Below, piece by piece: positions 22,098 to 33,973 of a stretch of DNA of 64,000 bases (position 1 is its first letter; the number at the start of each line of letters is the position of its first letter). Where the stretch lies: NCBI GenBank assembly GCA_034226945.1, contig CP120453.1, positions 930,001 to 994,000 on the forward strand. Reading direction: 5' to 3'. Position numbers and translations under genes: made by a program. This stretch comes from Picochlorum sp. SENEW3. Its lineage: Eukaryota. The notes under the pieces are model-generated. The model searched no databases and was not told the origin of the DNA. It saw nothing but the letters and a program-made list of their open reading frames with translations.

Positions 22098-22733
22098 CGA
22101 GCAAAATATTGTCGATGGATATGTGAAATAGTAAATTTACAACTGTCCTTGGCATGGCAGAATGGATCAGCTTGAATTCAAGACTCTTGCGCAGCCTGCA
22201 TGGGTTGCTGTACAGATGCATACACGGCCGACGGAATATCCAGCATCCGATCTTTTCAACTGTCTTGCGCCATACACGAGCATTGACACGCCTCTGTCTA
22301 CGTTGAGGGATTTTCACGTAGATGCGCCGAGGATGGAGTCCATGCTAGAAGGACTTTTCAAATCCAACAACCATCATCCTGGTACAATTGTAATAGGATC
22401 AAAGTTTGCCATTTTTCTCTCTTGCAGCGCCGATGGCACCCTCTGCAACGATGCCTTGAGGGATTAGGCCACTATAGATGTGATTTGAGATCGTCTCCAT
22501 TGGCACCTGGCTCTTCTCCAGTGACATCATACCTCTTCGTTTGCAACGCTGTCCTCCTCTGTTGTCTTGATGTTGTTGGTATGAATACTACCCTCCAGTG
22601 AATTTTCTATGTATTACACATGATGTTACATATCACGAGTCAGTAAATATGTGTATGTATAGGGGTTGAGGTTTGCACCCATATGTTTCAGCACAACTGT
22701 TATCATCGTAGTAGATCAGCAAACTGAATGACA

Positions 22734-23936
22734 CTACACACAGTATAAGGCAGCAAACTTAAATTCACCAGGATCAATCCTCCATCCTGTTCTATCCAGA
22801 GATTCTTTGACGATCGTCCTGTACACTGTCTCAGCCTCATCAATGTCGATGTCTGGATTTAACAAGGAGATTCTATGACTCATCCTCTCAACAGTGCTCT
22901 TGTCTGACGATGTAGCGTGGTCAATGTACAAGAGATGACGCAAGCATCTATGAACTAATCTGAAACCATCTATCCGCACTACCTTGCTTCGTGTCAAAAA
23001 TGAGAATATTGGTTCAAGAGTATCACATGTCAGTCCAGAGTACACACACGTGTGCTCTTCGTCCTCATCCAGCAAGCCAGTCTTATATCTCACCCATTCC
23101 AGAGAATTTCCTCGATCCAAACGCTGTACCAGATTTCTACACGTGTCCATTAAATGTCCCGGTATCGGCATAGGACATATCGTCGGAGCGCTTGGCTTCC
23201 TCAACAGGTAGACCTCTCGCCCAAGTTGCTTTGCCCACTTTTTCCTCTTCCATCCTCTACAATAGTTTTCCTCCCCATCAGTGCGACGTATCCTTCCAAA
23301 CGCAATAGGCGATGGACTCCATTGAAATGCATAATTCTGATCCCCGGGAATGAAGCCTAGATCACAGTAAGACTTTGGGTACGATTCTAAAGGATACAAC
23401 CGGACTGCCTCAGAGTCATGCGGGTTATCCGGTTCCTTTTGAAGAATAACCAATTCCTCGTCATCACACATACTCAGGCGATACTCTCGACCCTCGTACT
23501 GTGCCCCTGCAATATCATACCAGGGTTCAGTATATTCATACTCCCTGAGTTCCTCTTGGAATTCCAAAATCTCATCTTGATGCATCACAAACTCATCCAG
23601 AGTGGTATCTTCTTTCACAGGTGACGAGAGATGCCTTTCTTCTGCAGACGGCTTCTGTACCTCGCGTGTGTCTTCAACAGTTTTATGAACAGCCTTCTTG
23701 TGACAGGCACACTTTTGGTCAGCATGGCTAATCACCGTTGGCTTTGTCACTTTGAACGTGTATTTTCCCCTCGCATCTCGCCTCATGATTTTCTTTCCAC
23801 AATACATACAACAAAAATCATTACCAATCACTTTGTTCGCAAAGTAGTCCAACATCGCTTCCAATTCAACCTTGCTTCGTCTCGTAGGAGCAGACTGTGT
23901 TCCCGAAGGACGCTTTCGAGAGACACCCTGAGCCAT
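22734..23936 (-). CDS. HIRAN-domain protein with an N-terminal Zn-finger-like motif and a degenerate HNH-like C-terminal region
   Basis: HIRAN pattern IAGAQYEGR...LQKEPDNPHDSEAVRLY...LGFIP. N-terminal CMYC...H..C..H. 400 aa, intronless. Confidence 0.75.
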   Translation of the reverse strand: MAQGVSRKRPSGTQSAPTRRSKVELEAMLDYFANKVIGNDFCCMYCGKKIMRRDARGKYTFKVTKPTVISHADQKCACHKKAVHKTVEDTREVQKPSAEERHLSSPVKEDTTLDEFVMHQDEILEFQEELREYEYTEPWYDIAGAQYEGREYRLSMCDDEELVILQKEPDNPHDSEAVRLYPLESYPKSYCDLGFIPGDQNYAFQWSPSPIAFGRIRRTDGEENYCRGWKRKKWAKQLGREVYLLRKPSAPTICPMPIPGHLMDTCRNLVQRLDRGNSLEWVRYKTGLLDEDEEHTCVYSGLTCDTLEPIFSFLTRSKVVRIDGFRLVHRCLRHLLYIDHATSSDKSTVERMSHRISLLNPDIDIDEAETVYRTIVKESLDRTGWRIDPGEFKFAALYCV

Positions 23937-24169
23937 ACTTAGATATTGGATTGAAGACCCCGATGAAAAAACTCAATCTTTGAAGACATTTGAAGAATTT
24001 TGTTGGTAATTTTGAAATGAGGGTAACATCAGCAATTTCAAATTTCAAATTCAAAGGTTGGCTTCCAATCAAACGGGATTTCCTTCTGCAGCGGTGTTCA
24101 ATTTCTTCAAACGTGGTAGATGTGCCGATAAGACTCGGAATATTTAATATTTATATATGAGAGTGTGCA

Positions 24170-26767
24170 ATGGATGAACAAGGCAGGAACGAATTCCTCC
24201 TATCTCTCAAGGAAACGGCTTCAGAATTTGAACTGAAGCACGTAGAGTTTCGCGGGTATTTACCATGGACAACTCCAGAATGCATGGATATGAGATTTGT
24301 TGATGATCAAAAGATGATTGATGTCCTTCTAGAGGGTAGAAAGGGTGAGGATATGGATGCTGAGCTTCAGCAAGAGACGGTGGCGAGTCTAAAACGACTT
24401 GCCCATGAGTATGATGTGAAGAGTTCAGGGAGAAAGAGTGAGCTCATTGAGAGGATCGCAGCAGCAATGAAGAAGAAGAAGAATGCTCCAGAAAAGGATC
24501 TGAGGACGTATACATGCTTGAAGTGTTCTCCATATTGCGATGTTTTAGCATATGAATTTCCACTTGACTATGCATCAAACACGCAATGTCGTGCTCGTCT
24601 GATGTTTCATGGAGGTTCGCTGGAGAAAATTGTTACGCATGAAGATGCAAAGACAATCTATATGTTTTTGAAGGAGCCTGCCAAGGCGCAGTTTGTGCAT
24701 GTAGCCAGTAGATCCAAAACATACAGCAATGAATGTGAGCCATGTGCTGTCTTTGGGAATGGTCCGTGTTCGAGACCGGATCTTGACGCAAAAGTTGTGG
24801 CAGAGAAATTACCAAATCTGAAGGATGAGGGTGGCGATATTCTATTATCCAAAACACATGTACTGAGTTTTCCATCCAAGCATGAATTTGATGCTGCAGT
24901 TGCCATCTTGGAGAATGGGGCAGGGTTGAATTCTGGGTTCAAATCTATCATGGAATCGTTTCCATTATCAGAAAGTGATGTTGAAAAGTTCTTACAGTCT
25001 TTGGATTCTGAATTTTCTTCAAAAGACGTGAGCCATGAACTGTGGAATGATTCAGATGATGACGATGCTGTGCACAGTGACTTACTTTACAGGAATCAAC
25101 GTGAGGGCTTGTATGCCAGCCTCAATCCAAAACTAACGCGCCCAGATTATTCTTTCACTGATCCTGATTTCTTGGATCATATAGATCTGGAGACATGCTC
25201 TGAATGGGCAAGGAAATCCATTCAGAGATGGGGATTACTGCCTCCTTTTGATCCACGTATTGATGATTCTCGCTGGAAATTGTATTATATGGAGAGAGCG
25301 ACGGTAGAGTGGTGGAATAAAGCGAATGGAAACATTGATTATGCCGCTATATGGAACAACTTTGGATCTTCGTTTCAGAATGGTATCAAACCGATACCGG
25401 ATGGGGAGTGCATTCCATGGGATGAAGAGTTTCCAAAACCAGATCTGCTATCCCGTGTCGTATTCAGCGTTTGCAGGAGCAGATATGAGCTCATATTTGA
25501 GGTCAATGATATGCGCGCAGAATTAAAAGATTCGACAGAGTGGGTCATGGATGATTGTATACACCTACAAGACCATTTTGAGATCATTTATAAGAGCTGG
25601 AATGTTTCCAAGATGTTTTCGGATGGTATCTACGTGCTTCGACCACCAATATCTGATACAGGATACGATGCGGATGAAAACCAAGTCGTTGCATATGCAT
25701 GCAGGTGTTACAGTCCATTTGCAATTGGGACATCTTTTGATGTGTACTATGATCACGTGGAAGAATATTCCATGTCTGCTCATGACCATACCAACATTTT
25801 TGTGAGACCTCGTCTAATTATAGACTGCGATGCTACAAATATATTCAAACCCTTGATTAAAACTCAAGAAAGATTCTTGTGGTGTGCGTACGCTCTATCC
25901 TCTGGTGAGGGCTCCAAAACAATCAAGTCGCTGATAAAGGGTCTGTCGCCAGCGCAGATTGAGTACCTGCACGATCCTGTCCGTGCACAACCACGTCCTC
26001 GAAGTACTTCTAGAAAGAAGCAAAAGATTTCTGAAGCATTACCGAATGATTGTTCCGACAGTGATGACTACGAGGAGGAATCAAGTGACGGCTGGGGTGA
26101 TGCCGACAGTGATTGTGTCGAATCAGATGATGAAGAGTATACAGAGGAAGTAGTGAGTCGCATTGAGTCTATTCTATCTGGAGATATGTGTCCGACGGCC
26201 CAGTTGTACTACCTTGCAAAACGATTTAGAAATGATGAGTGGTGTGTTCGAGTCGCCATGCAGGATCAGGTCACGGCATTGGTTCAGACTTATTTTGGTA
26301 TGAAGCAACCAGTGTCAGCTTTGAAAATGTTCTCTTGGATTTTTTATATGGCCACGAGGGCTAGTGCACCTCGTGACTTGGCTCATGGGGGAAATGGTAA
26401 CTCTATGATTGCATCGACTGTTGTCGATTTCTCTCCTTGGCTGTATGGAAACGATCAGTATGGCGAGTTGCGATCCATCTATCCAAAGTGCAAAAATCGT
26501 GTTGTTTCAGATCCCTTCTTTATGGTGCGAAGCCCTCGTTTGCAGAAAACAAGGGCACTACTGAATAAATTTTCGAGATATCGACAAAGGTTGGAGGAAG
26601 ACCTGAGGAAAATCAAAGATGAAAATCCTGAAGGCCGTTTGCCAGTCAGTGTGAAACCATTTGAGCATCCAAGCAATCCTTGGGTACCCAAAAGGATACA
26701 GCGCCGGTCTAAAGCAGATTATTACTCTGAAGGGAGTTTCCCCATGAAAATTTTGCCCCGTAAATGA
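24170..26767 (+). CDS. Hypothetical 865-aa protein with a SAP DNA-binding motif
   Basis: Long intronless ORF. TVASLKRLAHEYDVKSSGRKSELIERI fits the SAP consensus. Acidic tract and NLS-like RKKQK. The remainder is unrecognised. Confidence 0.7.
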   Translation: MDEQGRNEFLLSLKETASEFELKHVEFRGYLPWTTPECMDMRFVDDQKMIDVLLEGRKGEDMDAELQQETVASLKRLAHEYDVKSSGRKSELIERIAAAMKKKKNAPEKDLRTYTCLKCSPYCDVLAYEFPLDYASNTQCRARLMFHGGSLEKIVTHEDAKTIYMFLKEPAKAQFVHVASRSKTYSNECEPCAVFGNGPCSRPDLDAKVVAEKLPNLKDEGGDILLSKTHVLSFPSKHEFDAAVAILENGAGLNSGFKSIMESFPLSESDVEKFLQSLDSEFSSKDVSHELWNDSDDDDAVHSDLLYRNQREGLYASLNPKLTRPDYSFTDPDFLDHIDLETCSEWARKSIQRWGLLPPFDPRIDDSRWKLYYMERATVEWWNKANGNIDYAAIWNNFGSSFQNGIKPIPDGECIPWDEEFPKPDLLSRVVFSVCRSRYELIFEVNDMRAELKDSTEWVMDDCIHLQDHFEIIYKSWNVSKMFSDGIYVLRPPISDTGYDADENQVVAYACRCYSPFAIGTSFDVYYDHVEEYSMSAHDHTNIFVRPRLIIDCDATNIFKPLIKTQERFLWCAYALSSGEGSKTIKSLIKGLSPAQIEYLHDPVRAQPRPRSTSRKKQKISEALPNDCSDSDDYEEESSDGWGDADSDCVESDDEEYTEEVVSRIESILSGDMCPTAQLYYLAKRFRNDEWCVRVAMQDQVTALVQTYFGMKQPVSALKMFSWIFYMATRASAPRDLAHGGNGNSMIASTVVDFSPWLYGNDQYGELRSIYPKCKNRVVSDPFFMVRSPRLQKTRALLNKFSRYRQRLEEDLRKIKDENPEGRLPVSVKPFEHPSNPWVPKRIQRRSKADYYSEGSFPMKILPRK

Positions 26768-27005
26768 GGCAGCAGGAAGAGGTCTTGTGATCATTCGGGA
26801 AAGAATGACCAATCCGTGCCTCCAAAGAATTGCCATGTTCGTTGTGCTGAAAAAGGCGCCGTGCCGCGGCATTGGGATTTGAATGGGAAAACAAATCCAT
26901 CGCCATCTTACGACTGATACAAGCGTATCGATTTAATAATAATTTGATGAAATTGTTTGATATATTCATATCATATAACAAGGGAGATAGTAGAACATAG
27001 CAGAT

Positions 27006-28886
27006 ATGGCTTCACCGTTTGGCTCCAATACGTCCGAGTCCGCGGGTCGCCTACGAGATATTAGAAGCGCTGTGAGCAAGTCTCAGCTTCTTGGTTTCAC
27101 TTCAGATGTCGATTCAAGGGGTAAAATCGACTCAAATCCAAAGGTTTGCGAATACATTGTTGGGGTTCTGGCTGACAAGATGGGGATCAAACACGCTTTT
27201 GGTTGCCCAGGAGATTTCGCCTTTGCTTTTGACGACGCCATTGAAGAGAATCCTAACATTGAGTTTGTTGTTTCGAGCAACGAGCTCAATGCTAGTTATG
27301 CCGCAGATGCATACGCGAGGGTGCACGGTGCTTCCATCTTAACAACGACATATGGTGTGGGGGAAATGAGTGCCATCAATGGTGTCCTCGGAGCCAAAGC
27401 CGAGCGAGTTGGTGCTCTATTCCATCTCGTAGGGGAGCCTGGACTGAGGTTGCAGCACACTGGGCGCGTCCTTCATCATACTTTGGGGGAAGATGCAGTC
27501 TCAGGCCAATTTGCAGAGATCACAGAGCATACCTGTTGTGTGGGTCTTCGTGTGACCGATCCTGCTTCAGTTCCAAAAGATTTGGATAGGGTGATTGAGA
27601 TTGCCTTAAGCAAGCATCAGCCTGTCTGTATTAGGGTTCCAAAGGATATTGGGTATGCCAGGATCCCTGAGAAAGCTCTCACTCATTTTAAATCAATCTT
27701 CTCAAATGGTGTACCACGGAACCAAATACGATTGATGTGCCATCCTATCAGTGTTGAGTTAGAACTGCAGAATGGTGTGTCATCTGTAATCAAAAGGCTA
27801 GAAGTATCAAAGAGACTTGTTGTGATGGCATCGTATGTGATTCAAAGACAAGGGCTGGAGGACAAGGCTATTGCCTTGATTGAGAAACTAGGTGCCCCAT
27901 TTGTTGTCACGACAATGGATAAAGGAGTCCTTTCGGAACATCATCCGTTATATGCAGGAATGTACAAGGGAAAGATGTCTCATCCAACTGTGGTGAATTT
28001 GGTGGATTCAGCAGATACTGTCCTGGACATTGGAGGGATTCTGTGGGACGACTTGAGCACAGGATTTGGAACGAGTGCAGTTCTTAAAGAGCGCGTGATT
28101 GAGCTGGATGGAAACAATGCAGCAATATCCCTAGGGGATGAGACTGAGCAATGCATGCAAAATCGAGCTAGAAGTTTTAGAACCTGCTATCTTGGAGATG
28201 TCTTGGATGCCTTGTTGGAAGCATCTCTGCCTTCTTTTTCAACAGAAATTCAGGCCGTGTCACGCTGGCCTCCTTGTCAGAACCCAGCAGATCCAATTAC
28301 ATATGCTCACATTGCAGCTGTGGTTCAAGAATTTCTCCAAGAAGAGGATATTTTTGTCTGTGAAGTTGGTACGAGTTCCATGATACTTCCTGCAATTCAA
28401 CTGCCTAAAAATTGTAGATTTATCAGTCAAACTCTCTGGGGATCAATTGGATACGCAACTCCTGCAGTATTTGGTGCATCTCTCGCAAGCCCCAAGCAAA
28501 GATGTGTAATGGTAACTGGAGATGGCGCACACCAAATGACTGCAAATGAATTGGGCAACATGGTTCGATATGGAACCATGCCAATTATTGTTGTACTTAA
28601 CAATGGTGTGTACGGTGTGGAGGAATTCTTGGAGAAGAATGCCCTCCTAAGCTATAACGAGATAGCAAATTGGGGGTACGCAGATGTTGCTAGAAGCATG
28701 GGATGCGGCAAGGACTGGATTGTCGAGACCGTGTCCACTGTAGAAGCATTGGTAACAAGCCTTCATCGCGCTCGAGCTGAAGTCAAAGGCGCATATATTG
28801 AAGTCATCCTCGACGAAAAATTACTTGATTCTCTGTCTTCTTCTGCCCTGTCCATGGAGTATATGGATGCTCCCACACTGCATTAA
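27006..28886 (+). CDS. ThDP-dependent 2-oxo acid decarboxylase (pyruvate/indolepyruvate decarboxylase family)
   Basis: FGCPGDF, NELNASYAADAYAR, TTYGVGEMSAING, LHHTLG, WGSIGY and ThDP motif GDGAHQMT...LNNGVY. Confidence 0.9.
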   Translation: MASPFGSNTSESAGRLRDIRSAVSKSQLLGFTSDVDSRGKIDSNPKVCEYIVGVLADKMGIKHAFGCPGDFAFAFDDAIEENPNIEFVVSSNELNASYAADAYARVHGASILTTTYGVGEMSAINGVLGAKAERVGALFHLVGEPGLRLQHTGRVLHHTLGEDAVSGQFAEITEHTCCVGLRVTDPASVPKDLDRVIEIALSKHQPVCIRVPKDIGYARIPEKALTHFKSIFSNGVPRNQIRLMCHPISVELELQNGVSSVIKRLEVSKRLVVMASYVIQRQGLEDKAIALIEKLGAPFVVTTMDKGVLSEHHPLYAGMYKGKMSHPTVVNLVDSADTVLDIGGILWDDLSTGFGTSAVLKERVIELDGNNAAISLGDETEQCMQNRARSFRTCYLGDVLDALLEASLPSFSTEIQAVSRWPPCQNPADPITYAHIAAVVQEFLQEEDIFVCEVGTSSMILPAIQLPKNCRFISQTLWGSIGYATPAVFGASLASPKQRCVMVTGDGAHQMTANELGNMVRYGTMPIIVVLNNGVYGVEEFLEKNALLSYNEIANWGYADVARSMGCGKDWIVETVSTVEALVTSLHRARAEVKGAYIEVILDEKLLDSLSSSALSMEYMDAPTLH

Positions 28887-29094
28887 TTGCGCAAAGTCTA
28901 CTTTTGAACGGAGATGATGTATTCAACTTTCTTCCTTCTGCCTAGATGGGCCACTGATGAAGTCCATCCAGTTGATGGCACAAATAGCCAAAAATTGCAC
29001 TCGGTTCCTTTTAAAATCAACTTATTTCTATATTTTAATGTGATATTGTTCCGTGGATCGGCAAACATGCTCATTCCCTGTCAATCTCTTTTAA

Positions 29095-31628
29095 ATGCAT
29101 AGAGATTTTTCAGAGGACGAAGAAGAGGCGTTTGTCGCCGAATTCGACTCGATTACCACTGAAAATACAGGAGAATCTGATTTAAATACTGTGAATGTAA
29201 CCTCAAGCAATACAAGGACGGAAAAGGTGGTTCCGTGCTTTTCTCCTGGTGGAGTACGTTGACTTGTTCTCAAGGAAGCAAACTGCGATAGCGTTGTCTC
29301 AAAGTAACGATGTATACTTTGTAGGATCCCTATAAGAAAAGAAATGGGAGGCATCTAATACTATTTGATTTGAATGGGGTTCTTGTGCACCACCATTTCG
29401 ATGGGAGCCAACATGTGCATACTCTTCGACCTGGTGTTGCCAACTTGATCAAATTGAAAGAGCATTATGACCTCGGAATATACTCTTCAGCCACGGAAAG
29501 GACTGTCAAATTTGCCATTAAGAAGATAGATGCCTGTTTAGCGCGGTCGCAGGAGAATAATCACTTGGAAGGGAGTCTCTTTTCAGTCTTTGATGTTGTT
29601 CTTCATAGGAAACACTGTGTCTTGGCTTCCGAGGCAGGCTTGTCAAGGAAGGATGGAAAGCCATGGGATACCGTGAAGCCTTTAGAAAGATACTTTAGTG
29701 ATTTTAATTCCCATGTTGTATTGATCGATGACTCTTCTCACAAGAGTTGGCCAGGAGAAGAAAACTACATGGTGGTACTACCAACATGGTCTCAGGAAGA
29801 GGAGGCAGAGGCCGTTGTTTCGGGGGATCGAGAAAATAAGGATACATGCCACGTTCTAAGAGATTTAACAAACATTTTGCTAAGCATAGAAGATGAGACG
29901 AAGGAATTGAAAGACTTGATCACGCTTGCACAAGAACGTTTCAAGACTGAGGAGGATCAGGTCAATGACAAGACTGAACAATGCGAAGAAGTCATTGATC
30001 TGGTATCAGAATCAGGATCTGTAGAAATATTAGAAGTTTTAGATGATAGGGGTGGTGCTTTAGGTAAACCAAAACCCGCAGAGGAATACGAGAAGCAGTA
30101 CACAAAGTTGCATTATGAGTTGGAAGTATTTGTGGAGCAAGCCACACCATCTGCAGCTGAGCTGAATGCGTTGAATAAGCTTATCAACAAAATGGATGCA
30201 GCTGTAAAAAGTTTATGGCCAGAAGGAAAGGCAGTTATTTTCGGCTCCCAAGCATCAGGCTTGGCACTTCCTGGCGCTGACCTTGATGTAGCTATAGTAG
30301 GGGTTGGACCTAATATGTCCAGTGCAAGTTCTGGATTCTCCTCCTCAGCTAAGCGACGGGTAAAAGAGATGCTTCACGCTTTAGTACAAGAGTTAATGAG
30401 AAGAAACGTAGTGCAGGGTTTTGCAGAGATCATTGAGGCGCGAATACCAATAATCAAGTTCTCTGCCCAACTTGGTTCTAGTAGTGTCCCGGTAGATATT
30501 TCCGTTGGCACCCAAAATGGTATTGCTGCAGTAGAATTTTTGAGAGCAAATATTCTTACTTGTGCTCCACTTAGACCTCTTGTGCTGTATATTAAGTCAG
30601 TGCTTCGAGAGCGAAATCTGAACGAGGTTTTCACAGGAGGGATGGGCAGTTATTCTGTCGTGAATATTGTCATGGCGTACTTGCAGCAGCAAGGCCATAA
30701 CGTCGTACAGGCATACGATATCGGAAGCACCAAAGATCCAAGTATTGGTATCATTGACAAAATATTTGAGAAAGTGAAAGAGAAGAGCAGACCAAGAAAG
30801 GGCACCCGGGAGCCTCATACATTGAACAATTCAGTCACGATTGAATTTGTCAAGGAAGTCAGTCAGCACAACATAGAGCAGCTGCAAGCACGCGAATGTG
30901 ATTTAGGTGTCCTCCTCTGGGGACTATTGGATTTTTATGGAAATCGTTTTGACTATCTTTCCAGTGCAGTGAGCATCATGTATGGCGGGATGACAAGGAA
31001 GGGAAGTTTTTATCAGAATGGCAAACCATGGTTGCTCGCCATTGAAGATCCTCAAGATCCAGGGAGAGACATATGTGGTGGCACATATTTGATACACGAC
31101 ATTAAAAAAGTTTTCCAGGGACTCGCAATAGATTTAGCAGAGGTGAGTGATGTCGACAGAGTCAACGATCAACGGGTAGATTTGGAAAAACCTCTCACTC
31201 AGGGCTCATTGATAGCTTCCACGCTCGATTTAGTGGCTGCATTGGACCGAGGAAAGGCTGGTATAAATGCTCGAAAGCGAATAGCTTCCAGAAAGTCCAT
31301 AGCGGTGAAGAAGAAAAGCCGAAGTAATGCAACTAGAATATTTAAACAGCAGGACGGCTCCCAAGGGAAAGGATCCATTGGTTTAGGAGTATCCAAGAAG
31401 AAGATTAAAAAGAAGAAGAATCCTGCCAATGGACCCAGAGGCAAGGCCGGATCCCGTGGGTCAAAAATGTCTCGAGCGATTGAAGCTCAGTGGTCAGGAA
31501 AGAATAAGAAGAAAGGACAGCATTTCCACGGAGGCGAGCAGGAAGAGCACTTTCCTCGGAACAGAAAGAATGTACAGTCTCGCTCACCAAACAACACCAA
31601 GGGGAAAACAGCCAAGATGCACAAATAA
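29095..31628 (+). CDS. FCP1/NIF-like HAD domain fused to a Trf4/PAPD5-type non-canonical poly(A) polymerase (exons 29095-29253, 29325-31628)
   Basis: HAD-like ILFDLNGVL, LRPG, IYSSA, KPL, LIDDSSHK. Pol-beta NTase FGSQASGLALPGADLDV, ARIPIIKF, VDISV, GGMGSYS, LAIEDPQDP. Basic C-terminal tail. Confidence 0.85.
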
Positions 31629-31748
31629 ATGCAAATCTTGTCACACCCTCAAACGATGAACTTTAAAATGTATGTATAAAGACCCTCATCTATGCAAAAA
31701 GGTCGAGAGGACAATTTCCTAGGTCAATGTGCCTCCACATCTGTGTGC

Positions 31749-31770
31749 TCATGATATCATGATATCATGA
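31749..31770. repeat. 22-bp perfect palindrome / 8-bp periodic repeat TCATGATATCATGATATCATGA upstream of FabG
   Basis: The sequence equals its own reverse complement. Confidence 0.85.
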
Positions 31771-31900
31771 CAACCATGGCCGTTCGCCAGGTGTCTGATC
31801 GCATCAACAATGGCTGTAAGTGCCACATTCTACAAGATGTCCTTATAAATATTTTCAGATAACTGTTTTGAATTATTCGATAACCTCTTGCTTCAAAATC

Positions 31901-32966
<1,066 letters not shown>

Positions 32967-32980
32967 ATCATTGAATACTT

Positions 32981-33649
32981 TCATGCAACTAAATTCTTCA
33001 TATCGAAATCTTTCTCAGTTTTCTTCCACAAGGCAATGCCTCCTCCTCGCCCTCTGGCGCAGATCACTTCATCATCAACATAGAAAATGATGAAGAAGGG
33101 ATCCTTTGCAGATGGTTTGTAGTCCACGATTGCATCTTTAATTTTGAATTCAAACTTCAATGGTCCAAGCTTAATATTGAGCCTATCGAAATCAAAAGAT
33201 AACTTTTTCCCCTGGTATGCATACCCTCCTTTGAATGTCAGGGCTGCAATTAAACCCAGAAAGATGCCATTTTCAATTTCTCCCGTACGAGCATCCCACC
33301 TCTGTGCAGCTGTCAGTGGAAAGTAGTTGCCTCCACCCTTGCCTTGGTTCTTCATCGCTTCTCTAACTTTTGCAACGCCAGTCGTAAATACAAGTTGCCA
33401 TCGATCACCCCTACCAACAATGCCAGGCCATTCTTCATCCTGCAATTTCAACTTTTCCAACTGCCTCATGGCATCAAAGACTTGTACGGGCTTCACATCA
33501 CGTGTAGCAGCCGCCCGCTTTAAAGTGGATACAGCCTTCTCAACCTGTCCAGATACTTGTTGCTGCTGGGTGGATGCCCTCACAACAAGTGGACGTTGTC
33601 GACACCTAGTACATCGATGCTGGACAAAGCAGCCCTTGAAGGTCACCAT
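32981..33649 (-). CDS. Plastid PAP/fibrillin-like protein
   Basis: Transit-like N-terminus, WQLVFTT, YFPLTAAQRWD..IENGIFLG and PFFIIFYVDDEVICARGRGGGIALW. Confidence 0.7.
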   Translation of the reverse strand: MVTFKGCFVQHRCTRCRQRPLVVRASTQQQQVSGQVEKAVSTLKRAAATRDVKPVQVFDAMRQLEKLKLQDEEWPGIVGRGDRWQLVFTTGVAKVREAMKNQGKGGGNYFPLTAAQRWDARTGEIENGIFLGLIAALTFKGGYAYQGKKLSFDFDRLNIKLGPLKFEFKIKDAIVDYKPSAKDPFFIIFYVDDEVICARGRGGGIALWKKTEKDFDMKNLVA

Positions 33650-33973
33650 TATACCTAAAATATATAATTTTTACCCACCATGAGAGGGTTCGCGGTTTCC
33701 ATCCACCGTCCAACAGCAAAGATTGGACACAGCAATTCGAGAAGGAATTCTATTTACGGAAACTAGTATTTTCCGACTTTCCTAAAGTGGAATTCAAATT
33801 TTGAATCAAACAACATCGCCGATTCGATCTTACTATGCACCCGGGTGAAGCAGCAGTATCACAATAAATATTAAAAGAAATATTTACTCGTATTTTGTGC
33901 CTGAACAAGAGCACAACTCGCTTCAGTGTAGTGTGCGCGTCATTCTTTCTCTCCAAAAGAATCACACGCAATC

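Noticed and set aside
22110..22620. ORFs 22162-22467 (+) and 21931-22317 (-) and coding-like sequence between eIF2A and the HIRAN gene
   Set aside because: No recognisable motif and no consistent spliced model. It could be a decayed gene, but I cannot support a call.
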